DNA of 63,533 nt, filler included, from Octopus bimaculoides (GCF_001194135.2; 6 parts of 6 records of this genome joined end to end with filler, not necessarily neighbours in it); one strand, 5' to 3'; numbered from the whole stretch's first letter, positions 35,954-49,340 are shown. A program made the numbers and translations. Notes: generated from the sequence alone by a model not told the origin.

Positions 35954-36700
35954 CTAAAGGTTCAGGCACGATAAGGACACGGCAATTCATACAACAGGTT
36001 CAAAATGTTATTGATGATGATCCTGGAAAATCAATGAGGGCCATCAACTGCAGGTGTCTTAGTGGACTATGAAAACTGTTGTGCATACGGATATCCGATA
36101 CAAGAACTGAGGAGATGGCATTTAATGTCTGCAAAGACACAGGAGAACCGTTTGATCCGTGCTAAGCGCTTAGTTAACAAGGTCAAAGATCTTCACAATC
36201 ATGGTATGGTTTTCGTCTTCTCTGTTGAGAAAAACCTCGATCATAACCTAAAGTCTGACGGGTGAAACGACTCATGGTTATGTGCAGATCTTTCTGCTGT
36301 CCACAGAAGGAAAAAATTTAAGGTTCCAGTAACGGTGATGGCTTTAGGAGTGGTGAGTAATGAAGGTCGTGTCTTGCTGTTTCGCAGATTTCTACCGTGT
36401 CTTAGAATCAATGCTACCGAAAACAATGAGGTGATGGATGAAGTACGCAATAGAAGCCCATATGTGTTTCAACAAGACTTGGCGTTTCTTACAAAGCCCA
36501 CGTAAAACTCTCCAGATTTAAATCCTATGGACTACTTTGTGTGGGACGTTATTGAAAAGAAGACTAATCGACATCCTCACAATCTCGTAGTGTCACTGAA
36601 CGTCAACATTGCCCCAGTGATGTCTGAGATGAGGGCCATTTAGTGCAGTCATGCCAACAATTGTGATCACCCATTGAATTAGTCATCGAAGATTGCTGGA
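35730..36700 (+). mobile_element. Decayed maT (DD37D-like) Tc1/mariner transposase with a microsatellite insertion
   Basis: MLTQEMKRYAVIV...IRTRQFIQQVQNVIDDDPGKSMRAI...FSVEKN...VMALGVVSNEG...PYVFQQD...NSPDLNPMDYFVW. A deletion prevents counting the D-D spacing. Confidence 0.7.
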
Positions 36701-36828
36701 GGATTCATAGAATATTCTAATAAGAAAGCTTATCGAGAATATGTGCACGTTTTTCTTTTATTAAAATGCATTTAGATTTTGCTTATTTAGGTCTTCAAAT
36801 ACCTCTCGCAATCTTTGTGTGTGTATGT

Positions 36829-36921
<93 letters not shown>

Positions 36922-37767
36922 CACACACACACACTATTAAAGCCGGAAAAAAATCTTCACAAGCTGTTACTCAGTCTCACGCGACTGTTCGTTCATCGGA
37001 CAGTTTTTCCACTTTATTTTGCATTTATGGTATCCACTGCTGGTTCTAAGGGTTCTATGATAAAGTCTACTGAAAGTAGATTTAAAAGGCCATCATATTA
37101 CACTACACGGCACATAAACCACCACCACCACCACCACCACCACACCACACCACCATTTCAAGAGTCTCTTACCACCCCACGCCCACCACTCAACACAAAC
37201 CCATCATTGGCACCGCTTCAAAAAAGGTCGATATTTTATTTCCTCCACCAGCCTCACCTCCACTGTCACTCTTAGACAAACACAATTTGATCCGCCAACG
37301 ACATTTATCGTTGGTGGAAACCGGAAAAAAAAAATCCAACGAAAACATTGAAGTCATGGATATATGATATACAAAGCCGACTATAAATGTATAGGATATT
37401 CAACTTTGGGGGGCGGTGCTCCAGCATGGACTTAGTCGTGATGGTTGAAGTAAACTGTGCGAAGACAAAAACAAAAAGAACAAACACACTTTCACACGTT
37501 GTTTCTCCCTCTCCCTCTCTGTCCTTTCCTCTCTTACACACGCAAATACACTCTTCCCTTTTCCCTGTCTCTCTCTTTTACTCATGCATTCTCTCTCTTA
37601 CACACACATACATTCTCTCTATCCCTCTCTCACACACAAACACATTGTCTCATTGTCTTCTACTCTTCTCTCTCTCACTCCTTCACACACACACATTCTC
37701 TCCCCTTATCACTCTCTTACACAATTACACATTTTCTTCTATTCCTCTCTCTCTCTCTGTCTCTCTG

Positions 37768-37815
<48 letters not shown>

Positions 37816-38934
37816 GTTCTTTCTCCAGCTCTCTCTCCTTCTCTTTCACACATACACAATTCTCTCCCTTCTCACCCTCTCCTCTGCCTCTCTCTCTTTC
37901 TCTCTCTCTCTCAGACACATACATTCTCTTCCCTCCTGTACCTCACCATACTCAAACATATTCCCTCCTCCTTCTCCCTCTTTCTCTCTCTCTTCTCTCT
38001 GACACACACACACACACACGCACCACACTTTTTTTTTATAACTATAATAGATTGCAAGGGTGTTGTTTGAGCTGACTAAAATACATACATGTTGACGTGT
38101 TAGAGTCATTCAAGTTGTCAACTGAATGCAGAACACGTTGTCAAGACAACTCACCTGTTTAAATAAATCGCTGTACATTATGTTTAAAGGCTAGAATTTT
38201 GCTGTCATTGATCTATCGATTATCATTCCTGGCAATAGAAGCTCGTCCAAACTGCTAAATGCGCAAGAGGCGGTGTTTCACTGTTAGATTCCTCTTAAGG
38301 TAACGGTTAGCTAATCATGACGCTAAGTGGATGCTAATGATAGTAGAATGGTTAGTAACAGTAGTGGTGGTGGCAGTGGTGGGGCTGGTGGTTAATAATG
38401 GAAAAGGTGGTTTATAATGGCAGTGGTGGTCGTGGAGGTGGTTAACAATGGTAACAGTGGATAAAGTCGATAGTCGTACTAATTGTGGTTAACAATATTA
38501 TGTGTGATTGCAGCAGGGAAGGAGTGGTATTGGAATGGTTTAAGATGGTAGTGGTTTGGGTGCTGAAAGATAGGTGATGTTTAGAGATGGTGGCGGCGGT
38601 AGTAGTCGCGAGGTGAATCACAAAGAAAGAGTCGAAGAAGGGGTAATGAAAGAGTGAAATAGTTATGGATTATAGACTGAAGGGAGGAGTAAAAATCTGG
38701 AAGGGTGGGGTTAAAAATGATTGTGGAGAAGCTGGTGTTTAGTTCCGGGTTAACTTTGATTGAATAACCCTAGTATCAAAGACATTCAAGCCGTAACAAT
38801 TCCGTGTTCTGAAGATATTAAGGATTGTAGCATCTGATATGTCCTTTTCTTCCTTAAGACGTTGAGGTAGGACTTGGCTGATCTTTCATTGGCTGCGTGA
38901 CAACGAGGTGGCTGAGGATTTAAGTAATGGTTTC

Positions 38935-39750
38935 TGATTTTGACACAAGGCCAGTAATTTTGAGTCGGGGCGGGATGGTCGATAACATCAACTCAGACAT
39001 TGACTGGTGCTTTAGTTTATCAACCCCGAAAGGACGTAATAGGCTCAGAACGTAATAAGCTGGAATGACTCCCGCAAATATTTTTTTTCCTGATGCTCTA
39101 ACGATTGTTCTAGCTCATCGCGCCAGGGATTGTAATAATAATCCTTTCAACCGTAGACACAAGGCCCAACATTTTGGCGGAGAGAGTTAGTTGAATGTAT
39201 CGACCTCAGTGTTCAAATGGTACTTATTTCGCCCACCTCGAAACAATGAAAGGCAAAGTCGACCTCGGCGGAATTTGAACTCAGAACGTAAAGACGGACG
39301 AAATGCTGCAAACATTTTTGTCCGACTTGCTAAAGGTCCTGCCAGTTCGCCACCGTCAGAGATTGTGATAATTCTTTCTACAGTAGGCACAAAGCCTGAA
39401 ATTTTTGGGGAGGGGGCAAGTCAATTACATCAACCCCAGTGCATAACTGGTATTTATTTCATCGACCCCGAAAGTATTTTGTCCGGTGTGCAAACAGTTC
39501 TGTCAGTTCGCCGCCTTACAAAGATTGCAATAATCCTTTCTACTATAGTCACAAGGCCTGACATCTTTTGGGGAGGGGCTAGTCAATTACACCAAACCCA
39601 GTATTTCATTGGGACTTAATTTATCGACCCCGAAAGGATGAAAGGCAAAGTCGACCTCGGCGGAATTTGAACTCAGAAGGTAAAGACAGACGAAATACCG
39701 CTGAGCATTTTGCCCAGTGTGCTAATCATTCTGCCAGCTCGCTGCCTTAA
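38935..39750 (-). mobile_element. Head-to-tail array of four SINE family B copies
   Basis: Units at about 38935-39125, 39135-39357, 39362-39520 (internally deleted) and 39524-39750, joined by gattgtaat-like junctions. Confidence 0.8.
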
Positions 39751-40407
39751 GGATTGTAATAGCAATGGTAGTTAACGAAGTAGTTGAATACAAATAGTAT
39801 TAATGAAATAACTTCAATGATGAAGGTGATATGACATGATGAATGCAATTTCGAGTTACTTGTTTGTGTTTTCTGAAATCATATCCCACTACTGCTGTTG
39901 TAGAGGGATTCTTGACGAACTACTAACCCCACTGTCTCTTATGAAGATGTAATTAAGGGGACGGGTCGCCAGAAGAGAATAAACTTCATTGACATTTCAA
40001 ACTGATACAACTGAAGTTGAAGCGGAGAAAACACCTTCCTTTAGTGTCAAATAAGTTAATCTAATTGGGGCTGAATGCTTAGCTTCAAAACAGCGCTGAA
40101 AGTTGTTTCGATCGGTTGATAGACTGGAAATACAACTTAGATAAAGCAGGACAGTATTGACATTGATCTGTCTGAAAACATGTTTGTTGGGACCAGTTGA
40201 GATCATTTGACATTAAAACAGAAGAATCCACGTTGCGAAGGAGACTGATAATACAAATTAAAATATCGGAGATACTGAAAATAATATTAAAGACAACTCT
40301 TCTGTGATTGAGGGTTGATATTTTCTGATTTACTGAGAAATGCACAGCTACATCGTTCCAGTCTGCAACTGAAAATATCCTGAGAATATTTCTTCAGGAA
40401 ATATTGA

Positions 40408-40613
40408 TTTCAAATGTTGGTGGCCAGCAATTTAGTGGGGTGAGTACGTCGATTACATCGATCCCAGTGCTCAAATGGTACTTATTTTATTTCCCCGAGA
40501 GAATGAAAGGTAGAGTTGACCTCGGCGGAATTTGAACTAAAAACGTAAAGACGGACGAAATGCCGCTAAGCATTTTGCCCGTTTAGCTAACGATTCTGCC
40601 AGCTCACCGCCTT
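40408..40613 (-). mobile_element. SINE family B with 20-bp TSD
   Basis: TSD atttcttcaggaaatattga (40388-40407) / atttcttaaggaaatattga (40614-40633), one mismatch. Confidence 0.85.
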
Positions 40614-43131
40614 ATTTCTTAAGGAAATATTGAAACCAACAATAAATAGATGATCATAATATGTTAGAGCGTCGGTGACAATTTCTGCGATCATTCGACA
40701 ATCAAACAACTTACATCTCACACACCGTTCGGCTGCGCGCCCCGCTTCTTGATTTTGTCGATTCAAGTCATCCTCTCTTTGTATCGGGAGTGGTTTCCTT
40801 GACGATGATCCATAGTTCTGTAGTGCCTGTGTATACTTCATTTGATAGCCTTCACTTTATTACTTTACTGCATTCGTCTAGTTATGCACTAAGAATTGTT
40901 AAGACGTTCTGCAAAATTGTAAAATAGATTTTTCATTGAACTGTTACTGTTGATCTTCGCTGCTAGAATTGGATTCGAATAAACTAGCGTGGTTCTGGGA
41001 AGAATTTTCAAGGACAAACTTTCAATTTATGCATGGAGATAGTCATATCATAGGAGGTGAAAAAAAAAATATGGCAAGCAAAATTACAATGTGGTTTCCC
41101 TTGTTCAAAGAAACGATTTTACTTTACTGACGCCACTTATATCATTGAGAAAGGTACGAACGTCTCCCCTCTGGCGTTATCTTTCGTAAAACAATAACGT
41201 TTTACTGTCAACACCGCGCCTCCTCTTTTGTATTGAGATTTGGGTTTGAGAGGCGCCAATCAATTTGAATCACTCAGAAATATTTGTTAGAATTGATCGT
41301 GGATAACAGCGCGGAATAATTGTATTCAGTCAATTGGTTTCTATGTCAATAAGGTGATGAAAGATTCATTTGTTTTTTTTCCAATATCAAATTGAAAATT
41401 TAACCAATTCTTTAGCACATGAGCTTAGAATTCTCACCTAACGCAAACCTTTCTTAATGGAAACTTAATTGATTTTGGAATTCTTCAAACTAAAAGAAAT
41501 TATCTTTTGCTGTATGAAATGTAAAATATAAGAAAGAACAAGTCGATAAATGATCAGTAGAACATTTAATCCTATTTAATTTGGCTGTTAGAATGTTTAT
41601 TTATTAATCCCTGCGCTCAGGTTCAGTTTCACTCAGCAAGCGTTTGATATCATGACCTCAGGTCGACCAAAGCTTTATGAATAAAACGGGAACGGTGTGG
41701 ATGTCGTCGGAGGGAGCACTTATGTTCTTGGTTGTGAAAAAAAAAATGAACCTATTTCCCGATGTAACAGCTTCTCCAGGGCATAACTTTTGGTGGTCTT
41801 TAATGGGGTCCACTCTTGTCAAACAAGTCCTGAAAAGAAGGTTACTGATTTTACTCTTCATCATTGGACGAAGCGCTTAAAAACGATTAAAGTCCGATAA
41901 TTAAAGTGTAACAATAACCAACTGGATCAGGGCGCGTTTTACAGTTGAGTTATCGATTCATATTCATCTCATCAGTTATGCGGTGTAGTATATACACATT
42001 TTTCTCATTATATATATANNNNNNNNNNNNNNNNNNNNNNNNNNNNNNNNNNNNNNNNNNNNNNNNNNNNNNNNNNNNNNNNNNNNNNNNNNNNNNNNNN
42101 NNNNNNNNNNNNNNNNNNNNNNNNNNNNNNNNNNNNNNNNNNNNNNNNNNNNNNNNNNNNNNNNNNNNNNNNNNNNNNNNNNNNNNNNNNNNNNNNNNNN
42201 NNNNNNNNNNNNNNNNNNNNNNNNNNNNNNNNNNNNNNNNNNNNNNNNNNNNNNNNNNNNNNNNNNNNNNNNNNNNNNNNNNNNNNNNNNNNNNNNNNNN
42301 NNNNNNNNNNNNNNNNNNNNNNNNNNNNNNNNNNNNNNNNNNNNNNNNNNNNNNNNNNNNNNNNNNNNNNNNNNNNNNNNNNNNNNNNNNNNNNNNNNNN
42401 NNNNNNNNNNNNNNNNNNNNNNNNNNNNNNNNNNNNNNNNNNNNNNNNNNNNNNNNNNNNNNNNNNNNNNNNNNNNNNNNNNNNNNNNNNNNNNNNNNNN
42501 NNNNNNNNNNNNNNNNNNNNNNNNNNNNNNNNNNNNNNNNNNNNNNNNNNNNNNNNNNNNNNNNNNNNNNNNNNNNNNNNNNNNNNNNNNNNNNNNNNNN
42601 NNNNNNNNNNNNNNNNNNNNNNNNNNNNNNNATATATATATATATATATAATGAGGGTGATAAATTGAATATTAATTTGATTAACATCTATTTAAAACTA
42701 ATGGGCTAGCATATAGAAAAAATCTGAAAATTCAGAAAAATTGTATTACATACGTATAAGAAGGGATGACCACTAAGTGGACATCCATTATGCTAGAAAT
42801 AGATCACCTACGATCTGACCACAAAGAAAAGATTGTTCTCAAGGGAAATTCAGCAAACACCAGGACGTAAGCGGGCAAAGCAAATGAAAAGATACGATTC
42901 CCTGCACAGCTGGTTTTATATCAGAGTGACGTTCTCCTAAAGACATACTTTAACAAAAGCTAAGAGGGGCCTCGCTCCCAGTGATATTCCAGTACAACGG
43001 TCTTCACCCCGGAATAGCTGAAGGCCCTTATTATATATATATACGTACATACATAATTACATAAAAATATAATTACACACACACACATATATATATATAT
43101 ATGTATACATAACACACAGGTATATGCACAT

Positions 43132-43281
43132 ATACCACTGAGTAACCATCTGGCAACATGTCGTCGTGAAACTTTTATTATATTTCCATTCCATAAACTT
43201 TACAACCTGAATGAAATTGAGAGAAAACGCAAAGAAAAGGACTTTATTAAGAAATTCAAACCCACTCTTAACAAACAATGA
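43132..43281 (+). mobile_element. Penelope-like element, GIY-YIG endonuclease C-terminus
   Basis: IPLSNHLATCRRETFIIFPFHKLYNLNEIERKRKEKDFIKKFKPTLNKQ* matches the FxIFPF...E..FI.KFKP.LN ending typical of PLE ORFs. Confidence 0.55.
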
Positions 43282-43765
43282 TTAAATTTATCTTACTTGG
43301 GGTTTAAAAATCTTATCCCTATAACTAAAACACAAAAAATCTCTCAAATGTCAACATTTCTAAAAATAAACTTGGCATTATTTCTAAAAATAGCCAAACA
43401 CCTACTGCTGCTGTCCAAAGGAATAGGTATAAAAGACAAAAAAAAAAACAGCCAGCCTGTTACAGTCAGATGAGGCTTTGATGAATGCCATTAGGCATGA
43501 AAATACGTATTAGCCTTTATATATTTAACTCTTTATATTGAATACTCAATATTTCATATATTCAATAAGACATTCAATACTTCATTTCATTTTATCATTT
43601 ATTTTTATATTATATATTATATATTCCATATTCTATATCCCACATAAATTTTACAAGAATATAAATAAAACATTAAAAAAACAGAGTTGGAACTCTTTTA
43701 AATAAAATAATATATTCCTCTATACACGATCATACAAAACCCCTTTTTTTGTATTTATTTTTATT

Positions 43766-43820
<55 letters not shown>

Positions 43821-44475
43821 GCATATATATACATACATGTATATATCATCATGATCATCATGATCATCGCAAGCTTGGATAGAAAGAAAAAGATATTCGA
43901 TATCGGCGTGTGGCTTGAATTCGAAACTGGAAGTTTGGAATTCTCCAGTTTTAGTCTCCTAAATCTTTTTACAGGACAGAATATAGGCAAGAAACATTGG
44001 TATTTATTTATTGCGAATGATGAAGAATTTTGAAATGGTTGGTAAGAAGTTGCAGATAATTCTCTATTCGAAATCAACGCGGCGGAAATAAGTAGAGATT
44101 TGGCAAGGATTTAAGAACTGAAAAGAGAATGAATTCAAAGAGTCACACAGAAGACAAGATTATAGCTTATATAATTGCTTTAATTCTCAAATAATTATCG
44201 TTGAACACTTTAGTCCCTTACGCTGTAAAGTTTAATAATTCTGTCATAATGAGACGATAGCTTTGTGTAGATTATTAATTAGTGAAGAACATAAGTATGA
44301 ATGTGATTAAATTAGCATTGATAATTAGTCGCATTTAATCTGGAACAATTGTAAGCTTACATTCAAATTTCTTTAGTTCATCAACCGAAATAGATTTGCT
44401 CGCGAAACTTGAAAGTTGTTTGGATAACGTTTTTTTTAAAAATTTTTTTATTTATTTAGTTTTTTTACAAATATA

Positions 44476-44835
44476 GGCGCAAACATGGCTGTGTGATAAA
44501 AAGCTTGCTTCCCAACCACATAGTTCCGGGTTCAGTCTCACTGCATGGCATCTTGGGCAGGTGTCTTCTATTATAGCTTCGGGCCGACCAAAGCCTTATG
44601 AAAGGATTTGGTAGACGGAGACTGAAAGAATCTCGTCGCATATATATATATATATATATATATANNNNNNNNNNNNNNNNNNNNNNNNNNNNNNNNNNNN
44701 NNNNNNNNNNNNNNNNNNNNNNNNNNNNNNNNNNNNNNNNNNNNNNNNNNNNNNNNNNNNNNNNNNNNNNNNNNNNNNNNNNNNNNNNNNNNNNNNNNNN
44801 NNNNNNNNNNNNNNNNNNNNNNNNNCGTGTGTGAG

Positions 44836-44899
<64 letters not shown>

Positions 44900-45045
44900 G
44901 TCTCCGTAACTTAGCGGTTCAGAATAAGTGGCCGATAGAATAAGTACCAGACATAAAAATAAGTCCAGGGGTCGATTCATTCGACTAAGAATTTCATCAA
45001 GATAGTGCCCCAGCATGGCCGCAATGACTGAAACAAGTAAAACTA
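44476..45045 (+). mobile_element. SINE family A, full length (gap inside its internal microsatellite)
   Basis: ggcgcaaacatggctgtgtg...; after the gap, ccgtaacttagcggttc...cagcatggccgcaatgactgaaacaagtaaa. Confidence 0.85.
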
Positions 45046-45159
45046 AACAAAAATAGAAAAAATATATCTAATTTTTCTCAACACTAAATTCAAATTTTGA
45101 TTCTCTGATCGATTTAATTTTTCAAAATTATCGATCATTTCATCTTTCAATATTCTTTC

Positions 45160-45565
45160 ATTTTGTTTTACTTGCTTCCGTCATTGGACAGTGGCCATGC
45201 TACAGCAAGGCCTTGAAGAGTTGAGTCGAACAAAGCGACTCCATTACTTATTTTTTAAAAATATGGTACTTCTTCTATCAGTTTCTTTTGCCGAATCGCT
45301 AAGTTACGGGGGCGTAAACAAACTAATATCGGTTGTCAAGCGATAGTGGGTGTGGAATACAAACACAAACACACCTTACACACACACACACACACACACA
45401 CATAATGGGCTTCTTTCAGTTTCCGTCTACAGAATCCACTCGTAAAGCTTTGGTCAGCCTGGGGCCATTATAGAAGACATTTACCCAAGGTGCCACGGGG
45501 TGGGACTGAACCCAGAACCATGTGGTCGGGAAAGAAACTTTTTACCACACAACCACATCTGAACC
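45160..45565 (-). mobile_element. SINE family A, full length
   Basis: Tail, body, (CA)n and head, in inverted orientation to the preceding copy. Confidence 0.85.
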
Positions 45566-45732
45566 TGGAATTTTTTTGATAATCTTCACCACTGCTACAT
45601 TAATCGTACATGTCCATTTACCGTAACAGGAAGAATACAGAAGACGGCTGTTGGTGCTTCTCTTTGTAATTTGATAAATTTCTCATTCTTTCTCTCCTTT
45701 GTTAAATTCTTCAGAAACTGGAAAGATAAATA

Positions 45733-45938
45733 TTGGTTTCAAATTTTGCCTCAAGGCCAGCAATTTCGAAGGAGAGGGTAAGTCGATTACATCGCCCTAA
45801 GTGTTTAACTTTATCGAACCCGAAAGGATGAAAGACAAAGTCGATCTCGGCGGAATTTGAACTCAGAATGTAAAGACGGACGAAATGCAGCTGAGCATTT
45901 TTCCCGGCGTGCTAGCGATTCTACAAGCTCGCTGCCTT
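45733..45938 (-). mobile_element. SINE family B
   Basis: cccgaaaggatgaaagacaaagtcgatctcggcggaatttgaactcagaatgtaaagacggacgaaat. Confidence 0.85.
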
Positions 45939-47019
45939 TGGAGAGATAAATAAATATTGGTCCTACAAATACTTGGGGCTCGGAAATAGGTTTCGCTTTT
46001 TGTTGAAAATTTTAGTCTGGGTGAAGGTGCTGTGAGCATGACGTTGACATGGCTTCCTATCATGGTGAGATCGACTCAGTTAATACATCTTACGAACTGA
46101 TTCTCTTTGATATCTGCAGAAGGAAATGCAGTTATAGGGAGGACGGATGTTTCTTTATTAGAGTTGCCGGGTATGGAGAGTCCTGTGGATAGTTGACATA
46201 TATAAAACTGTAAAACGTCTTGGAAAGGTTTATTAATATCCTGTCAATTTTGGATTCTTCGTAGTTTAATTGTATCTACTTGCCAATCAGCATTTCGTGT
46301 AGGTAACTTGAGTTCTGAATCTCACATGTTCTAATAATTCTTTGTTGGCTTTCCGACTGGCTGTGAAGTTCATTCGATTAGAAAACTGCTCACAGAGATG
46401 AGCTTGCTTCCTTCGAGAGGTGACCGTCTTCATTAATTTCAGCCCTGTGTGGAAATTTATCAGTGACCGATTACTCTCTTTAGCTGTCATAGAAACGCTG
46501 ACAAAAAGGCGTTATGTATGCAAATTAATCTACGCAGTTTACTTCCGTAGTAGTGGGTTTATACAGTCAATATCTCCGTTGGCAGTTGAGAGTAATCAGT
46601 CACTGATGTAGGGCCGATACGACTGAAATTTAATCAGCTGATTCTTGTTTTTCTGACAATGACAATACTGAATCTGAAGACAAGCTATGTTCATATGTTT
46701 ATACAATGTTGGTTAAAAATCTATAGTTTATTAAAAATTAAGTTATGTAAAAAGAAAATTCTGTGTTTTTTGTTGTGCAGAACAGATGTTAATGTGAGAA
46801 TTTATTTCACTCATGAATTTTTGATTATTTAAACCAAAAATTATAATTGGAAAGCAGTGGCCTGTTTAATTAGATTAAATTACCAGCTGTTTTAATCTTA
46901 ATTGAAGTTGCAGCCAATGTTAACGTGTTCAATATTCATTTCACTATAGGAACGGTGAAAAAAACCATTTCTGTTTCAGTTAACGAAAACATCACGATAT
47001 ATTTGCTCCGTGACACACA

Positions 47020-47067
<48 letters not shown>

Positions 47068-47423
47068 NNNNNNNNNNNNNNNNNNNNNNNNNNNNNNNNN
47101 NNNNNNNNNNNTTAATTAATTAANNNNNNNNNNNNNNNNNNNNNNNNNNNNNNNNNNNNNNNNNNNNACATACATACATACATACATACATATGGTGGTT
47201 GTCTACTCCTTAAACAGAGTTTGACCACCTCCTGCACCTACACCTTAGCCCTTTCATGGCGTCTGATGTGGCTTTTTAAACCAGACAGTGTTTTGAAAAA
47301 ACACCCACACAGATTGCACCTCTGATTTGCACTACCAATACCTGCAAGTAAGTTCTGCTCATTGTGGATCCTAACATGTCTTTTAAGACCCCCATTGGAT
47401 TTGCAAACCCTCTGGCACACACC

Positions 47424-47456
<33 letters not shown>

Positions 47457-47794
47457 CATACATACATATGTACATACACGCATACATACATATATATTTA
47501 TATTTCCACGTGTGTGTGTTTCTGTCTGTCTGTATACATACCTTGTGTGTACGTATGTAAACATTGAATACTCCGACAAATTTACCATACCGTGTTTGCT
47601 GATAATAAAGAAATAACAACAGTTTGGATCAGCAAGTGATGTGGAGTTTCTGGTAAACTAAAATGTAAACACATGAATCAACAAAAAGAAGGTAGAAATA
47701 AATAAAATAATGTGTTAACAAGAAACTACCAATAACTCTCTAACTTTAACCCTAGGACAAACAATTGGGAGGTGATCCTAATAATTCTGTGGTA

Positions 47795-48005
47795 CTTTAT
47801 TTCAGTTCGGGCAAAACGCTCAGGGGTATTTCGTCTGCTTTACGTTCTGAGTTTAAATTTTGTAAGAGCGACTTTGCCTTTCGTCCTTTCGGGGTCGATA
47901 AATTAAATACCGGTGAAATACTGGGATTGATGTAATCGGCAAGCACCCCCCACCCACCCAACACTTCAGGCCTTGTGCCTAGAGCAGAAAGGATTATTAC
48001 TATTA
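47795..48005 (+). mobile_element. SINE family B (degraded)
   Basis: gtatttcgtctgctttacgttctgagtt...ggggtcgataaattaa...caggccttgtgcctagagcagaaaggattatt. Confidence 0.8.
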
Positions 48006-48139
48006 TCATTGTTTTTAAAATGTTTACCACGTGCTTTCACTGCACTACCGGGCGCAGCTCTGTGTGCTTTGAGTATTTATTGTGGTTTGTTGTGATGCTC
48101 TTAGTTTCACTATATTGAAAGTGTGTTATTATTATTATT

Positions 48140-48578
48140 TTATGTTTGACTTTTGTTTTGCATTTGTACAAGTTGGATCCAAGTCTCACCCAGAGACCTC
48201 AAGAGACAACAAGTTAGAAGTTCATGTAGGTGTTATGCCTAGGGTACCATATATTTAGATTTGTATAGTTTTGTTCTAGTGAATATTTAAGAAACCATAA
48301 GAAAATTATCTGTTTGCTTTAAAATTTGAGATCACATAGACAGTATTTTACGTAGGATATGGGCAGTTCCCATGAGCACTATCTTTTGAACTTCAGCCAT
48401 TTTGGGGTTTCCTGGTATCTGAGCTAGGTAGTAATCAGCCCGTTTCGCTGTCATTCCCAGGGCACCTATGACAATAGGTATTGTTTTCGTCTTCAGATTC
48501 CACATTTTGCTAATTTCTATTTCAAGATCTTTATATTTGCTCAGTTTTTGGTAGGTCTTGACAGATACGTTTATATCG
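48140..48578 (-). mobile_element. R4/Dong-like (restriction-like endonuclease) LINE 3' fragment 1
   Basis: KLSKYKDLEIEISKMWNLKTKTIPIVIGALG...VQKIVLMGTAHILRKILSM* (stop at 48332), then 3'UTR and (AAT)n. Confidence 0.75.
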
Positions 48579-48667
<89 letters not shown>

Positions 48668-49340
48668 GTCATGAAAACTCACAGCTTATTTCGCTGCGTA
48701 TGATGAGAAGTGTGAAGTATCAGCTGCTTGCAGACTAAAGTGACACTTGCTTACTGGTCATACTTCAAGAACCTGCGAAGGATTCTTCCAGTTCCAAGCA
48801 ATGCTGATTTTTGTATCTGTCCTACTTTCACACTTGCACCAGTCCTTTTCAGCCAAGTTGATAGTTCAGTGCTGATACTTCCAAGTGTGCCAGTTACTAT
48901 TGATATCACGTCTACTCTCCTCATTGACCACAACCTTCGTATTTCTCACTTCAAATCGTCATAGTAGTTTATTTTTGTCTTCTTTCACATTGATCCTGTT
49001 GTCACCGGGGCATGCTATATGGATCATTCTTGCCACATTATCACAGCGTCTTTTGTGTTCTCTTTGTGCCAATTTCAGGTATTCGCTAACGATGTGCCAT
49101 ACCGTTTCATCCCCCTCACGACACATCTGCATTTGTCGCTGTCAGTAGTCTTGTCTATTCTGCATTTCACACAGTTGGTTCTTAATGCTTGTTCTTGAGC
49201 TGCCCATGTGAGTGCTTCTGTCTCTATCTTCAGGTCACTCCTCCTCATCAATAGCCACCGTTCTTCTGTATTTGACTTGGCGTTCACGTCTCTTGCAAAC
49301 TGACCGTATATATTTTTCCTTCCATACTTTTTCCTTTTTT
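48668..49340 (-). mobile_element. R4/Dong-like LINE 3' fragment 2
   Basis: YGQFAR...DLKIETEAL..AAQEQALRTN..KCRIDK...CR....ETVWHIVSEC (CCHC remnant)...RRLWSMRRVDVISIVTGTLG...QKSALLGTGRILRRFL. Confidence 0.8.

Noticed and set aside
39187-39619. 142-aa and similar ORFs (also 62229-62594, 26249-26558, 44465-45016)
   Set aside because: Translations of SINE B, C or A sequence, not host genes.
39997-40345. ORFs with NNFQRCFEAKH, faintly like the hAT zinc-finger RHxExKH
   Set aside because: The similarity is too short and degenerate to support a call.
47238-47400. C2H2-like text CQRVCKSNGGLKRHVRIH...CNLCGCFFKTLSGLKSHIRRH in ORF 47238-47588
   Set aside because: Two zinc-finger-like units are visible, but the ORF start is microsatellite-derived and I found no clean acceptor. 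Some LINE ORFs end in such fingers. It is left uncalled; a BLASTX would decide between a host ZNF relic and a LINE 3' end.
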